Shown: positions 37,486-51,840 of the stretch, in pieces
How the letters are laid out: each line of letters starts with the position of its first letter
Numbering within the stretch: position 1 is the stretch's first letter
Source of the DNA: an uncultured delta proteobacterium
GTDB lineage: Bacteria > Myxococcota_A > Polyangia > Haliangiales > Haliangiaceae
Assembly (NCBI GenBank): GCA_963743525.1
Contig: CAVUQH010000002.1
Span: 224,001-288,000, forward strand
DNA: 64,000 nucleotides
Reading direction: 5' to 3'
Notes under the pieces: model-generated
Seen by the model: the letters and a program-made list of their open reading frames with translations, nothing else
Databases searched by the model: none
Told to the model about the DNA's origin: nothing
Position numbers and translations under genes: made by a program

Positions 37486-38460
37486 ATGACGTGTCCGTCG
37501 AATCACCGTAACCGCTGGCTTTGGTCGCTGCTGGCCGTCGCCCTGATCGTGGCGGTGCCCGGCATGCGAACCCGCGCCTACGCACAAGACGACGACGACG
37601 ACGACATGACGTTCGATCCGGATGACATGTCCGGTGATCAGAACAAGGACGATGCCAAGAAGCCCGACCAGGGCGACCAGGGCGACCAGGGTGACACCGC
37701 CGAGCCCGAGCCCGGCGACGAGCCGGAGCCCGAGCCCGAGCCCGAGCCGGGCGAAGGCAAGGCAGTCGATACCACCAAGGACGTCAAGCTGGGCGAGAAC
37801 CGCGTCTCCTGGCAGGACATCGTCGTCGTCGTGCGCAAGCCGTTCCTCAAGGTCGGCCGCGTCGAGTTGCTCCCCACCTGGGGCGTGACGATGAACGACA
37901 ACATCATTCAGCACGTTCAGTTCAACGGCATGTTGAACTACTGGCTGACCGACGCACTGGCCGTCGGTGTCGAGGGTGGGCTGTACGTCAAGAACCTGCG
38001 CGAGCCGTTCGACCTGGTGGCGCGACAGGCGCGCCGTCTACCCACGGTCAACAAGTACAACTTCGGCGCGGCCCTCGACTTCCACTACGTGCCCGTCTAC
38101 GGCAAGTTCGCCGTCCTCGACAAGCACCTGCTGCACTGGGAGATGTTCTTCACCGCCGGCGTCGGCTTCACCCAGAGCGAGGTGATTCCGCGCGACCCGG
38201 CGCTGCAGCCGTTCAAGAACTTCCTCATCACGCCCAACGTCGGCGCGTCGATGCGGTTCTTCCTGACCAAGTTCCTGACCGTGCACGTCGGCCTCCGCGA
38301 CTACATCTTCGTGGACAAGTTCGAGGCCACGAACCGGACGGAAATCAGCGGCTCGGCGGCCAAGATGAATGCCGACTCGTCGCTGGTCAACAACGTCATC
38401 TTGCAGCTGGGCGTCAGCTTCTGGCTGCCGACCTCGTTCGAGTACACGACCTTCCGCTAG
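37486..38460 (+). CDS. Myxobacterial outer-membrane beta-barrel protein (GltA/GltB-like)
   Basis: Signal peptide, acidic linker, [40 protein letters not shown]; subfamily assignment from memory of TIGR04565-type proteins. Confidence 0.7.
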   Translation: MTCPSNHRNRWLWSLLAVALIVAVPGMRTRAYAQDDDDDDMTFDPDDMSGDQNKDDAKKPDQGDQGDQGDTAEPEPGDEPEPEPEPEPGEGKAVDTTKDVKLGENRVSWQDIVVVVRKPFLKVGRVELLPTWGVTMNDNIIQHVQFNGMLNYWLTDALAVGVEGGLYVKNLREPFDLVARQARRLPTVNKYNFGAALDFHYVPVYGKFAVLDKHLLHWEMFFTAGVGFTQSEVIPRDPALQPFKNFLITPNVGASMRFFLTKFLTVHVGLRDYIFVDKFEATNRTEISGSAAKMNADSSLVNNVILQLGVSFWLPTSFEYTTFR

Positions 38461-38470
38461 GAGCCAGGCC

Positions 38471-39319
38471 ATGCGAATGCTCAAGACGCTCTCCATCCGC
38501 ATCGCGCTTGCCGGGATCGCCCTGGCGGTGGCCGCGCCCAGCGCGCTCGCCGACCGAAAGAACCCGCTCGACGGCCAGCCGGCCGTGCGCCACCGCAAGC
38601 TCTTGGTCAACAAGCGCTTCGAGGCGACGCCGATGTTCGAGTCGACCATCAACGCCGACTACAAGCACACCGTAGGCGGCGGTCTGAAGCTCGAGTTCCA
38701 CATGTCCGACATGCTGTCGATCGGCTTCGTCGGCGTGTTCGGCACCAGCTTCAACACCGGTCTGTCGAACAAGATCATCGCCACGCTGCCGCAGACCAGC
38801 GCGCCGGACGATCCGGATCCGACGCCGACCAAGGACGAGTTCTCGCAGCACCTGAACGACATGCCGGTGCATGGCGCGGCCTACGTCAGCATCACGCCCT
38901 GGTACGGCAAGCTGGCCGCCTTCGGCAAGGCGTTCGTGCCGTTCGACTTCTACTTCCAGGGCGGCATCTCGTTCGCCTCGCTCAAGGGCAACTGCACCCA
39001 GCAGGTGTGCAACGACACGATGGTCGGCGTCCTCGACCCGGCCAACGGCCTGCCCGACAACGACCCCAACAACGACCCGGCGCTGAACGACGGCTTCAAG
39101 GCCGGCCTCTACCTGGGCGGCGGCATCCACGTGTTCCTCAGCGACTTCATCGCTCTGGACCTGACCGTGCGCGACTACCTGTTCCAGGACAACCCGTCGG
39201 GCCTCGACTTCAACGCCGACCTGTTCGTGAAGAAGGACGACCTCCGCTTCCTGAACCACCTGTTCATGGGCGTCGGCGTGTCGATCCTGCTGCCGACCAA
39301 GGTCAAGCGGACCAACTAG
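38471..39319 (+). CDS. Myxobacterial outer-membrane beta-barrel protein (GltA/GltB-like paralogue)
   Basis: [39 protein letters not shown]; paralogous to the preceding gene. Confidence 0.7.
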   Translation: MRMLKTLSIRIALAGIALAVAAPSALADRKNPLDGQPAVRHRKLLVNKRFEATPMFESTINADYKHTVGGGLKLEFHMSDMLSIGFVGVFGTSFNTGLSNKIIATLPQTSAPDDPDPTPTKDEFSQHLNDMPVHGAAYVSITPWYGKLAAFGKAFVPFDFYFQGGISFASLKGNCTQQVCNDTMVGVLDPANGLPDNDPNNDPALNDGFKAGLYLGGGIHVFLSDFIALDLTVRDYLFQDNPSGLDFNADLFVKKDDLRFLNHLFMGVGVSILLPTKVKRTN

Positions 39320-39353
39320 ACGACCACGCGCCGGACTCCGGCGCCACACCGAG

Positions 39354-39392
39354 ACGCGAGCACGCCGAAAAGCGTGCTCGCGTTTTGCGTTT
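39354..39392 (+). terminator. Intrinsic terminator
   Basis: ACGCGAGCACGC-cgaaaa-GCGTGCTCGCGT followed by TTTGCGTTT. Confidence 0.75.
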
Positions 39393-39438
39393 CGGGGACC
39401 AGCCCCGCCCCCGCACCGCCCCGCCCCCCACGCTGCCC

Positions 39439-39801
39439 CGGACCCGGGCGCGAGCACGGACGCGGCCCCGGCCCCGGACCCGGACCCGGACCCGGACCCG
39501 GACCCGGTCGCGGACCCGGTCACGGTCGCGGACCCGGACCCGGACCCGGTCGCGGACCCGGACGCGGACCCGGACCCGGTCGCGGTCGCGGTCGCGGACC
39601 CGGTCGCGGACCCGGACCCGGACCCGGTCGCGGATCCGGACCCGGTCGCGGACCCGGACCCGGACCCGGACCCGGTCGCGGACCCGGTCGCGGACCCGGA
39701 CCCGGTCGCGGTCGCGGACCCGGTCGCGGTCGCGGACCCGGTCGCGGACCCGGACCCGGTCGCGGTCGCGGACCCGGTCACGCAGGCGCGGACCCGGTCG
39801 C
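39439..39801. repeat. Solo hexamer tandem array CGG+(ACC/TCG/TCA/ACG/ATC)
   Basis: ~60 units, same vocabulary as 29563-30211, between convergent genes. Confidence 0.97.
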
Positions 39802-39809
39802 GCGCGCGC

Positions 39810-40208
39810 CTACGGGCTACATTCGTTCGCCGCCGACAATCGTCCCTGCGCCAGCACCACGCAGGTCAACCCCAGCTGCGAGTCGAGCTCGAACGTCACC
39901 ACGACGTTGTCGCCGGCATCGCCGGCGAACGGCTGGGTCGCGGCCACGCTGCCGTCGGCCTCGGCCGTCGTGATGACGCCGACGCCCTTGTCGCGGTTGT
40001 ACACGTAGACCACCGCGTTCGAGTACGACGCGTCCGCATCGTAGGTGAACACCGCCGTGCCGCCAGTCGTGTCGATGTCGAAGACCATCCGCGTCGGCGA
40101 TGGCGGCGGAATCGGAACCGTCGGCGTGAAGCAGGCCGACAGGCCCACGCACAGCCCGAAAACGAGCGCGAGGGCGAACGAGACCAGCGTGCGGCGCCGA
40201 GTAGACAT
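39810..40208 (-). CDS. Small hypothetical lipoprotein
   Basis: Lipobox LSAC, PTVPIPPP, beta-rich body, GC3 bias. Confidence 0.7.
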   Translation of the reverse strand: MSTRRRTLVSFALALVFGLCVGLSACFTPTVPIPPPSPTRMVFDIDTTGGTAVFTYDADASYSNAVVYVYNRDKGVGVITTAEADGSVAATQPFAGDAGDNVVVTFELDSQLGLTCVVLAQGRLSAANECSP

Positions 40209-40351
40209 GTCCAAGACCTAGCGGTGCAAGCCTCGGGCCGCAGGCGCCCAACGAGGTTCCGCGCACTTATGATGCCAGAGCGCCAACCTAGTTGCCAGTC
40301 GCCCTGGCCCACTGCCGACTCGGTTGTCAGCCTCGCTGCGCCTCGGGCGAC

Positions 40352-42533
40352 CTAGTTGATCGGGACGTCCGGGATGACCGGCGGCACCAGGAAGTAGACG
40401 TCGCGGGTATCCAGCACCGTCACGCCGTCGCCCTCGACCACCACGGAGGCCTTGAACATCTGCGGCGTATCCAGTGCGGGCACCGTGGTGTTCATCTTCG
40501 GCACCACGTCGAAGCAGACCGTGGTCCCCGGGTTCACGTTGTCGAACGTGTCGTTGATGGTGTCGGCATTGGTGTCCACCGCCGTCAGTCCCGACGCGCA
40601 CGGCGCGCCGGCCGTCGGGTTGGCCTCGATGCGGTCGACGAACGCCGCCACCGCGTCGACCGAGTCGGACGGATCGTCCTGCGCCTGCCCGCCGACGTCG
40701 AGCACCACGTACGAGGCCAGCACCTTGATGGCGGTCGCCACCGAGGTGCCCAGACCGGCGCCGTTGGAGCCGTTCACGCGGAACAGCAGCGGGCACATGC
40801 CGCCCTGAGCCGCCTCGCCGGCGCCGTTGATACCGGTACAGCACTGGCCGACCGCGCAGCCGGACGGCCGCGAGCCGGACGGCCCCCAGGCGTCGGGCGG
40901 AACCACCGCGCCGGTCTGGTTGACCGCGTAGCCGGCGTCGATGCGGGCGTCGTCGGTGCCGCAGCCGCCCACCTGGGGCGTCGAGATCACCGCGATGACG
41001 CGCGCCGACAGCGCCTGCAGCGCGCTCACCGCCGTCGCGCGGGTGGCCGCACCGCTGAAGCTGTAGGCGTAGCCGAGGGCGGAGTTGTGGTTGCACGCGT
41101 CGGTCATCCACACCGCGATCGGCAGCGACCCGGCGCGGAAGCCGACGCCACCGATGGTGCCGGTCTGCTCGCCGGCCGGCGGCGCCGTCGGATAGGCGGT
41201 GGCCGGGTTGAACGCCGGCACGTTGGCGTTGCCGACGGTGACGCCGGCGCCGGAAGCCAGCTGATACATCGCCTCCCAGCCGCCCTCGGGCGAGTCGTAG
41301 CCGCCGCTGGCCGCGTAGTTGTTGACCTGCGCCTGAATCGACGCCAGCCCGGCAGCGGTGTTTGCCGTCATCACCCGGTGGAACAGGTGGAACGGCTGAT
41401 CGCCGGCGTTGCCGTAGGTCCCGGTCGGGAAGTCCTTGTACTCGGCCACGGCGAAGCCGGTGTTGGGAATCTGGCTGCGCACGCTGCTCACCAGCGAGCT
41501 GACCGACGTCTTGAGATTGCCAATCTCCTCGCCCATCGACCCGGTGGTGTCCATGGCGAAGGCGACATCGGCCTGGCTGACGTCGGTGGCGAAGTCGAGG
41601 GTGTCGTCGGGCGGCGATGGCGCGTCCTGATAGGGCACGATGAAGACGAAGTCGCCGTTGGCCTGCGGGTTGTCCGTGCCGTTGGTCGGGTCGGTGCCGG
41701 CCGAGACTTCGATCAGAATCGCTGGCGCCGTCGCCGTCGGTGTCGCCGTTGGTCGGCGAGCTCTCGCCCGAATCGACCATGCCGTTGCAGTTGGCGTCCT
41801 CGGCGCCGTCGGTCAGGCCGTCGTTGTCGGAGTCGAGGTCGAGGAAGTCGGGGCGCATGTCGCCGTCGGTGTCCCGCGCCGGGGTCGACAGGTCGCTGTC
41901 GCCGGCCTCGGCCGCATCGGGCACGCAGTCGCCGTCCGAGTCGAGGTCGAGATACGACGGCACGTTGTCCATGTCCGGATCCGAGGCCCGCTCTTCGGCG
42001 TCGGCGATGGTGTCGGCGTCGGAGTCGAGGTCGTGGTAGTCGGGGGTGCCGTCGCCGTCGGAATCGGGCGGCGCCTGCGGCGAGCCCTGCAGCTCGAGGG
42101 TGTCCATCAGCCCATCGCCGTCGTCGTCGAGATCCTGGAAGTTGCCGCGGCCGTCGCCGTCGAGATCCTCGACGCCGTCAACGCCATCCTCGATGCCGTT
42201 GTCGTCCGAATCGGTGTCGCGGAAGTCGGGGACGCCGTCGCTGTCGGAGTCGATGGGCGGAGTGCCGGTCTGGTCGTCGCCGGCCTCGCGGTAGTCGGGG
42301 ATGCCGTCGCCGTCGGAGTCGTCGTCGAGATAGTCGGGGGTGCCGTCGCCGTCGGTGTCAACGTTCTGCGCCTTGCCCTCGTCCTGATCGGAGATGCCGT
42401 CGCCATCGGCGTCGGGCTGGTTGGAAACCACGCCGCCGTCGCCGTCGGCCGGATTGTCCGGACCGGGCCCGCAGCCGGTGGCGGCGAGCGGCAAGATGGC
42501 GGCGAGAGCCAGGGCGATGAGAGTTCGGCGCAT
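40352..42533 (-). CDS. CglD-like lipoprotein: DxDxDG Ca-binding repeats plus integrin-beta-like VWA domain (one frameshift)
   Basis: Lipobox ATGC, many D-x-D-x-D-G-x-P-D repeats, MIDAS DTTGSM, DSPEGG; removing one A at 41717-41718 joins ORFs 40218..42533 and 40352..41638. Confidence 0.75.
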
Positions 42534-42613
42534 ACTTCTCCTCCGCCCTGGCTCTATCCAAGTGCCGTGCCACTCTAACCCACTGAAATCTCGTTCACGT
42601 GGGGTCGAATGAC

Positions 42614-42632
42614 CTATGAAAAGTTTTCATAG
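42614..42632. promoter_or_regulatory. AT-rich perfect palindrome, candidate operator
   Basis: CTATGAAAA-G-TTTTCATAG, ~80 bp upstream of the CglD-like start. Confidence 0.5.
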
Positions 42633-42653
42633 CTCGGGGTCAATGAGACCCAG

Positions 42654-43334
42654 CTAACGAATTCTGATGTGCGCTCCCGAGTGACCGCCGCGCTCGCCGA
42701 GGGTGGCGGTGACGGTCACGCCGACGCCGTTGCGCTCGACTTCGATCTTCACCCGCTCGCCGCCGTCGTGGGCCTGAACCGCTCGCTTCAGCTGGCTGGG
42801 CGTGGCCACGGCCTCGCCGTCGAGCTGGCGAATGATGTCGCCCTTCATCAGCCCGGCGCGCTCGGCTGGAGAGCCCGGGGAGACCTCGGTCACGCGCACC
42901 TTGCCGCCAGCGTCTTCGAGCCCGACACCCAGCCAGGTGCGCGGGTCGCTGTGCCAGATGTTGATGCCGTCTGGCTGCCAGAATGGGTGCATACCGCGCA
43001 GCTCGCACGGCTCGTGGGCGACCGCCAGCGGTCCTACCATGGCCGGCTGCCGCCGCACCTCGCCGCGGAACGCCAGCAGCGCCATGGTGAAGCCGAGAGC
43101 GACCCCGGCAAGGGACGCCAGGGAGACCAGCAGCGCCAGTCGGCCGCGGTCGTGCACCAGTACCACCGCTTCTCGCTGCAGCGGCGGCGTCATCGGCGGT
43201 GGTGGTGTCTGGGCGCCCCCTGGCAGGGGCGGCGGGGGCAACGGCTCGGCCAGCGTTTCGTCGGCCGCCACCGGCGCGTCAACCGGTGGGTCAGTAGGAG
43301 GTGGTGTGGGCGGGTTGGAATCGTTGCTGCTCAT
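42654..43334 (-). CDS. Membrane-anchored PDZ-domain protein
   Basis: Pro-rich N-terminus, TM, WLGVGL...VSPGSPAERAGLMKGDII. Confidence 0.85.
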   Translation of the reverse strand: MSSNDSNPPTPPPTDPPVDAPVAADETLAEPLPPPPLPGGAQTPPPPMTPPLQREAVVLVHDRGRLALLVSLASLAGVALGFTMALLAFRGEVRRQPAMVGPLAVAHEPCELRGMHPFWQPDGINIWHSDPRTWLGVGLEDAGGKVRVTEVSPGSPAERAGLMKGDIIRQLDGEAVATPSQLKRAVQAHDGGERVKIEVERNGVGVTVTATLGERGGHSGAHIRIR

Positions 43335-43457
43335 GGGTACTTCCTTGGCGTTGCGTAGCCTCGCATCGCGCTCTCACTTGTGCCTACCGCCCTCGGACCG
43401 TGCGCTATTCCCTTCCGTGGCGCTCGTTTCGGGCGCGTGCTACCGTCCTGTAAAGCC

Positions 43458-46400
43458 GTGTCACCAAAGGGGAAAAGGCGAAGCCTGATACGGCGTATCG
43501 CGCTGTGGACGCTCGCCTCCCTGGTCGTGCTGACACTGGTGAGCGTGGTGGTCCTGCGGGTCTACTTCCGCGGGCCGCGGTTGGGAAAGTTCGCCACCAA
43601 GCAGCTCAACGGCCGCATCCTCGGTCACCTCGACATCGGCTCGATCGACTGGGACACCGCCGACCTGCCCAAGGTCGTCAGTGGCGGCTGGCTGCCGGTG
43701 CGCATCCACGACTTCGTCCTCGACGATGCCTTTGGCCGCAAGGTCATCGTCATCCCCGAGCTCGACGCCGAGATCGACGCGCACGCGGTGATGTTCGGCA
43801 ACCACGACCTGGTGCTGCGGCACATGCACGTGAAGAAGGGCGCGTCGGCGCTGATCCGTCTGGTCGAGGAGCCCTACCCGGTTCACGAGTACGACCTCAA
43901 CGTCGTCAGCATCCTGTCGGCGTTCTACACCAAGAAGTCGCCGGCCATTTACGTCGGCCTCAGCGCGGCGCCGGCGGCGATGCTCGACTTCCGCGACTTC
44001 GAGGTCGACGATCTGACCCTGAAGATCGAGCTCGACTACTTCACCGGCGAGCTCGAGCACGTAAACGCGCGGGGCTTCCTCTACGCCGACGACAGCGACC
44101 CGCTGTCGCGAAAGCTGTACTACACGGTCACCGCGCACGCGCCGAGCGGCCACCTCGACATCGAGGGCCGCACCGTGCCGCTGGCCGACATCGACATCCC
44201 TCAGCTCGAGCAGCTGCCCAAGAAGTGGCCGCGCGATCCGTACGCCACCGACGCCGAGTGGACCCTCACCGCCGACAGCAAGGGGGCCAAGATCGATCTG
44301 ACCGGTGGCATGTACGACTACTGGCAGAACTACTTCGGCGGCGAGTACCACACCCGCCTCAGCGTGCACGACGCCGGCGAGCTGGCGCGGTTCATGTCGG
44401 CCACCGACCCCGACACCAAGCTCGACCAGGGCTCGGTGGTGGTCAGCGGCAAGGGGCTGTTCATCGACACCTACGTCGACGGCCCGGTGCTGGCACCCAA
44501 GGTCGAGCTGCAGCTGGGCAACGTCCACCTCGACGTTCCGCTCGGCTCGACCGGCCCGCCGCTGGGGCTGGATCTGGCGTCGGCGACCGCGGCCTTCGAC
44601 CTGGCCACCGCCGAGGGCTACCTCGAGCGGACGGTCGCGCGCGGGGCCGGCGGCGAGCTGCAGCTACAGGCGACCTTCGCCCTCGGCAACGAGGTCCACC
44701 CGCTGCAGTTCGACGTCAACGTCGGCATCCCCGAGCCGATCGAGCTGCGCCCGTACCTGCCGCGCCCGGTCATCGACCTGGCCGGGACCAAGCTGCGCGG
44801 CACCCTGCACGCCTACGGCACCAGCGATGCCCAGCGGATCGACAACCTCAAGCTGTGGCTGGGCCGCGCCCACCTGAGCGGCGAGCTGTACCGCGAGCAG
44901 GGACAGACGGTGCACGCCAAGAGCCTGGTCGCCACCGTCGGCGGCACCCGCCTGGCGATGCACGACAGTCTGTTCGACTTCGCCACCGAGGAGCTCAACC
45001 TGTCGCTCGACCTGCTGTCGAAGGACGCGCCTCGCTACTTGCGCTACTTCGGCGCCCCCGACGTGGCCAAGACCGTGTCGGGCAAGGCTCGGGTCCACGG
45101 CTCGTTCACCGCGCCGGTGGCCAGCGCTCAGCTCACAGCCGGCGGCGTACCGCTGGTCAACAAGGTCGACGCGCGCCTGGGCTACCAGCGCGACGTGCTG
45201 TCGCTGGAGCACATCTCCAGCCGCAAGCTGGGCGGCGACCTGGCCGCGCGCGGTCACATCAAGCTGGCGCCCTACCCGCGCGTGCTCGACTTTTCGGCCG
45301 ATGCCAGGGCCCTGGACCTGGCCCGCATTCCGGTGCTCGGCGACATCCTCGCGGGCATCGCCAACGCTCACCTCACCGCCAGCGGCCCGCCCAAGCGCCT
45401 GGACATCAACGGCAAAGCGTCGGTCACCGGGATGGCGGTCGACGGCGACCAGATGCGCACGTTTCAGCTCCGCGTCAACGGCGACCCGGACGGCAGTCAG
45501 ACCATCGAGCTCGAGGTCGAGCGCGATCTGGGCGGCCAGCTCCACGCCACCATCACCCGCGACCGGCGCGACCAGCTGGGCGGCGTGGTGTCGATCCGCG
45601 ATCTGCCGGTCGAGTCGATGGCGTTCGTCGCCGACCGGCCGCAAGACAGCGCCGTCGGCGCCCACCTCGACGCCGAGTTGGCGCTGGGTGGCACCGTCAA
45701 CGCGCCGGTGGTCGACGGCACCATCGACCTGGGCCGGGTCTGGTTCGGCGACGCCTTCCTCGGCGCCGCCGCGCTGACGGTCAAGCCGGCCGGCAAGGGG
45801 CTCATCGAGGTCAACGGCCGCCTGTTCCAGGGCAAGCTCGAGATCGCCGGCACCCTGCAGACGGTGGCGCCGTACAGCGCCGACCTCACGGTCAAAGCGC
45901 GGCGCGTGGAGCTGGATCAGTTCCTGCCCGCCCTGCACCGCGACTACGCCGCGCGCGGCTGGGCCAGTGGTGAGATCGCCATCCACACGCAACTGGCGCC
46001 GCGCAAAGGCTTCGTGCCCAAGGCGACCTTGCGCCTGACGGAGCTCACGATCCTCCGCGACAACGTCAACCCGCAGGGACGGCCGGCACCGATCCGCCTG
46101 TCCAACCGCACACCGCTCGTGGTTCAGCTCGAGGGCGACCGCGCCGACATCGAGGGCAAGGCGCTGTTCCGCGGCCCCGGCGGCGACTTCTCGATCAGCG
46201 GCGGCGGCACGGAAAAGGCGCTGGCGCTCAAGCTCCAGGGCGGCATCGCCATGGCCATGCTGCAGCCGTACATGCGCGAATACTTCGACGACATGAAAGG
46301 CACTCTGGGCGTGGCCGTCAACGTCACCGGGCCGCTGTCCAAGCCGCAGCTCACCGGCACGGTGCAGTTCGACGGCGTGTCGGTGCAGCCGGTCGGCCAG

Positions 46401-48053
46401 GACGCCGAGGTCAGCGTGCCCAGCGGCCGCGTGACCGTGACCCCCAGCCAGGTCGCCATCACCGACTTCACCGTGCGCATGGTCGACCACGAGTCGGACG
46501 AGCGCGCCGAGCTCAAGATCCGCGGCGGCATCGGCATGGAGTCATTCGTGCCCACCGTCTGGGCGCTGCAGATCGAGGGACAGCTGGCCGGCAAGATGCT
46601 GCTGGTGGCAGCGCCGCAGATCTTCTCCGCCGCCGGCGGCATGGCCTACGTCAACGTCTGGTTGCGCGGCCCCGGCGAGGCGCCCGACGACATCGACGGC
46701 ACGGTCTGGTTCGAGTGCCCGCAGGCCAACGCCCGCAGCGAGCAGACCCGCGCCGACTACGCGCTGGTCGGCAAGCGGTGCAAGATCGACCGGCCGCTGA
46801 CCCTGGCCGCCCGCGGTGTGCGCCACCAGATCAGCATCGACACCGGCGCCGTGCGCATCGAGGACGACGACGCCCGCCCCGACGCCCAGGTGCTGGCGGT
46901 GCGCGGTCTGGGCGGCTGGATCGACGACGAGGGCCGGCTGGAGAACCTGCGCGGCGAGGTGACCATGGAGAACTGGCAGGTGGTCAACTTCGACGTCGGT
47001 GGCGCCGCCCGGTCGCTGCCGCTGCGCATCCCCCGCGAGCTGGACCTGACCGTCAACGTCGAGAATTTCGAGGTCGTAGGCGGTCCCGACAGCGGCCTCG
47101 ACGTCAAGGCGCAGGTCGAGATCCTCGACGGCCGCTACGTGCGCAACTTCAACCTGGCCGGCTTCCTCGAGACCGACCGCACGGTGGAGACGTCAACGCC
47201 GTTCTACAAAGAGATCCCGCTCATCGCCAACGCCAAGCTCGACATCGGCATCGATACCCGCGCCTTCTTCGTGCAGAACAACGTCGCCAACATCCAGCTG
47301 TCAGGCGGTGTGACCATCCGTGGCACGCCGGCGCAGCCGCGCTTCGACGGCGCCATCAACGTCAACCAGGGTACGTTCAAGTTCCAGGGCATGAAGGCGC
47401 GCTTTACCCGCACCACCGGCAGCGTCACCTTCTCCGGACGCAAGCAGTTCCCCGACGAGACGCCCAACTTCGACGTCCAGAGCGAGGCCGACTTCCGCGA
47501 CTCCAACGGCACCGACCACGTCATCCAGCTGACCATCTTCGGCACGCTGGCCAACTTCAACTACGACCTGACCACCGACACCGGGCTCAACAAGGGCCAG
47601 ACGCTGATGCTGATCTCGTCCGGGCGGCGGCCCGAGGACCTGCGCCAGTCGCTGGGCGACCAGCAGATCGGCGCCGATCCGACCCGTCTGGACTCCACCG
47701 CCGAGGCCGGCAACGTCTACGACGAGCTGGTCAAGGATCTGGCCGGAGACTTCATCTCGCTGCTGATCGAGGACAAGCTGCGCGATCTGACCAACCTGGA
47801 CGTCGCCCGGCTGGAGATCGGAACCGCCTCGGTGGGCTTCCATTTGGAGAAGGACCTGTTCGAAAATCTGCGCATCTTGGGTGACCTGCAGCGAAACGTC
47901 CGCGGTTGGGAAGGCAACGTCCGCGGCGAGCTGCGGGTTACCGATTCGGTGTCGATGGAGGCCGACTACGTCCAGCGAAACCAGGAAGACAACGCCGAGC
48001 AGAACCGGTCGGAGGGCCGGCTGCGCATGGTCTGGCGTCGCTCCTGGCAATGA
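43458..48053 (+). CDS. TamB / AsmA-like translocation-assembly protein
   Basis: N-terminal TM anchor, ~1530 aa of beta-taco-like strands, DUF490-like C-terminus (IRGTPAQPRFDG); start uncertain. Confidence 0.8.
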   Translation: MSPKGKRRSLIRRIALWTLASLVVLTLVSVVVLRVYFRGPRLGKFATKQLNGRILGHLDIGSIDWDTADLPKVVSGGWLPVRIHDFVLDDAFGRKVIVIPELDAEIDAHAVMFGNHDLVLRHMHVKKGASALIRLVEEPYPVHEYDLNVVSILSAFYTKKSPAIYVGLSAAPAAMLDFRDFEVDDLTLKIELDYFTGELEHVNARGFLYADDSDPLSRKLYYTVTAHAPSGHLDIEGRTVPLADIDIPQLEQLPKKWPRDPYATDAEWTLTADSKGAKIDLTGGMYDYWQNYFGGEYHTRLSVHDAGELARFMSATDPDTKLDQGSVVVSGKGLFIDTYVDGPVLAPKVELQLGNVHLDVPLGSTGPPLGLDLASATAAFDLATAEGYLERTVARGAGGELQLQATFALGNEVHPLQFDVNVGIPEPIELRPYLPRPVIDLAGTKLRGTLHAYGTSDAQRIDNLKLWLGRAHLSGELYREQGQTVHAKSLVATVGGTRLAMHDSLFDFATEELNLSLDLLSKDAPRYLRYFGAPDVAKTVSGKARVHGSFTAPVASAQLTAGGVPLVNKVDARLGYQRDVLSLEHISSRKLGGDLAARGHIKLAPYPRVLDFSADARALDLARIPVLGDILAGIANAHLTASGPPKRLDINGKASVTGMAVDGDQMRTFQLRVNGDPDGSQTIELEVERDLGGQLHATITRDRRDQLGGVVSIRDLPVESMAFVADRPQDSAVGAHLDAELALGGTVNAPVVDGTIDLGRVWFGDAFLGAAALTVKPAGKGLIEVNGRLFQGKLEIAGTLQTVAPYSADLTVKARRVELDQFLPALHRDYAARGWASGEIAIHTQLAPRKGFVPKATLRLTELTILRDNVNPQGRPAPIRLSNRTPLVVQLEGDRADIEGKALFRGPGGDFSISGGGTEKALALKLQGGIAMAMLQPYMREYFDDMKGTLGVAVNVTGPLSKPQLTGTVQFDGVSVQPVGQDAEVSVPSGRVTVTPSQVAITDFTVRMVDHESDERAELKIRGGIGMESFVPTVWALQIEGQLAGKMLLVAAPQIFSAAGGMAYVNVWLRGPGEAPDDIDGTVWFECPQANARSEQTRADYALVGKRCKIDRPLTLAARGVRHQISIDTGAVRIEDDDARPDAQVLAVRGLGGWIDDEGRLENLRGEVTMENWQVVNFDVGGAARSLPLRIPRELDLTVNVENFEVVGGPDSGLDVKAQVEILDGRYVRNFNLAGFLETDRTVETSTPFYKEIPLIANAKLDIGIDTRAFFVQNNVANIQLSGGVTIRGTPAQPRFDGAINVNQGTFKFQGMKARFTRTTGSVTFSGRKQFPDETPNFDVQSEADFRDSNGTDHVIQLTIFGTLANFNYDLTTDTGLNKGQTLMLISSGRRPEDLRQSLGDQQIGADPTRLDSTAEAGNVYDELVKDLAGDFISLLIEDKLRDLTNLDVARLEIGTASVGFHLEKDLFENLRILGDLQRNVRGWEGNVRGELRVTDSVSMEADYVQRNQEDNAEQNRSEGRLRMVWRRSWQ

Positions 48054-48062
48054 TCGTCTGAC

Positions 48063-51491
<3,429 letters not shown>

Positions 51492-51674
51492 TTCGGGCGA
51501 GCCGAACCAGAACAGCAGGCCGAGGTTGATGGGACCTTCCGGATGCTCGCTGCCGCGAGCCTCCTCTAAACAAGCGCGCTTCGCGGGCGCCTTCGGCGCG
51601 CGGGCTCCCCCCGTATGCCCCCATCCAGGTAGGGGTCGAAGCGCGCGCAGTCGAAGGACGCACCGTGGGGCGGG

Positions 51675-51791
51675 CTACTTGCCCTTCTTCTTCTTGCCCT
51701 CGGTGATCTTCCGCTTGTCGCGGGCCTTCTTCTTCCGCTGTGCCTTCTTGCGCCGCATCTTGGGCGAGTGTCGTTTGTCTGCGCGACCCAT
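51675..51791 (-). CDS. Small highly basic protein (38 aa)
   Basis: Not in ORF track; SD AGGAGG 5 nt before [41 protein letters not shown]. Confidence 0.75.
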   Translation of the reverse strand: MGRADKRHSPKMRRKKAQRKKKARDKRKITEGKKKKGK

Positions 51792-51840
51792 GGGAACCTC
51801 CTGAGAAAGGCTGGGATTTTGCGGATCGGGCCCGGCGGTG

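Noticed and set aside
41710..41725. Programmed frameshift or pseudogenisation of the CglD-like gene
   Set aside because: Single extra base with no slippery heptamer; similar isolated indels at ~10240, ~10413, ~54923 and ~57987 point to consensus errors
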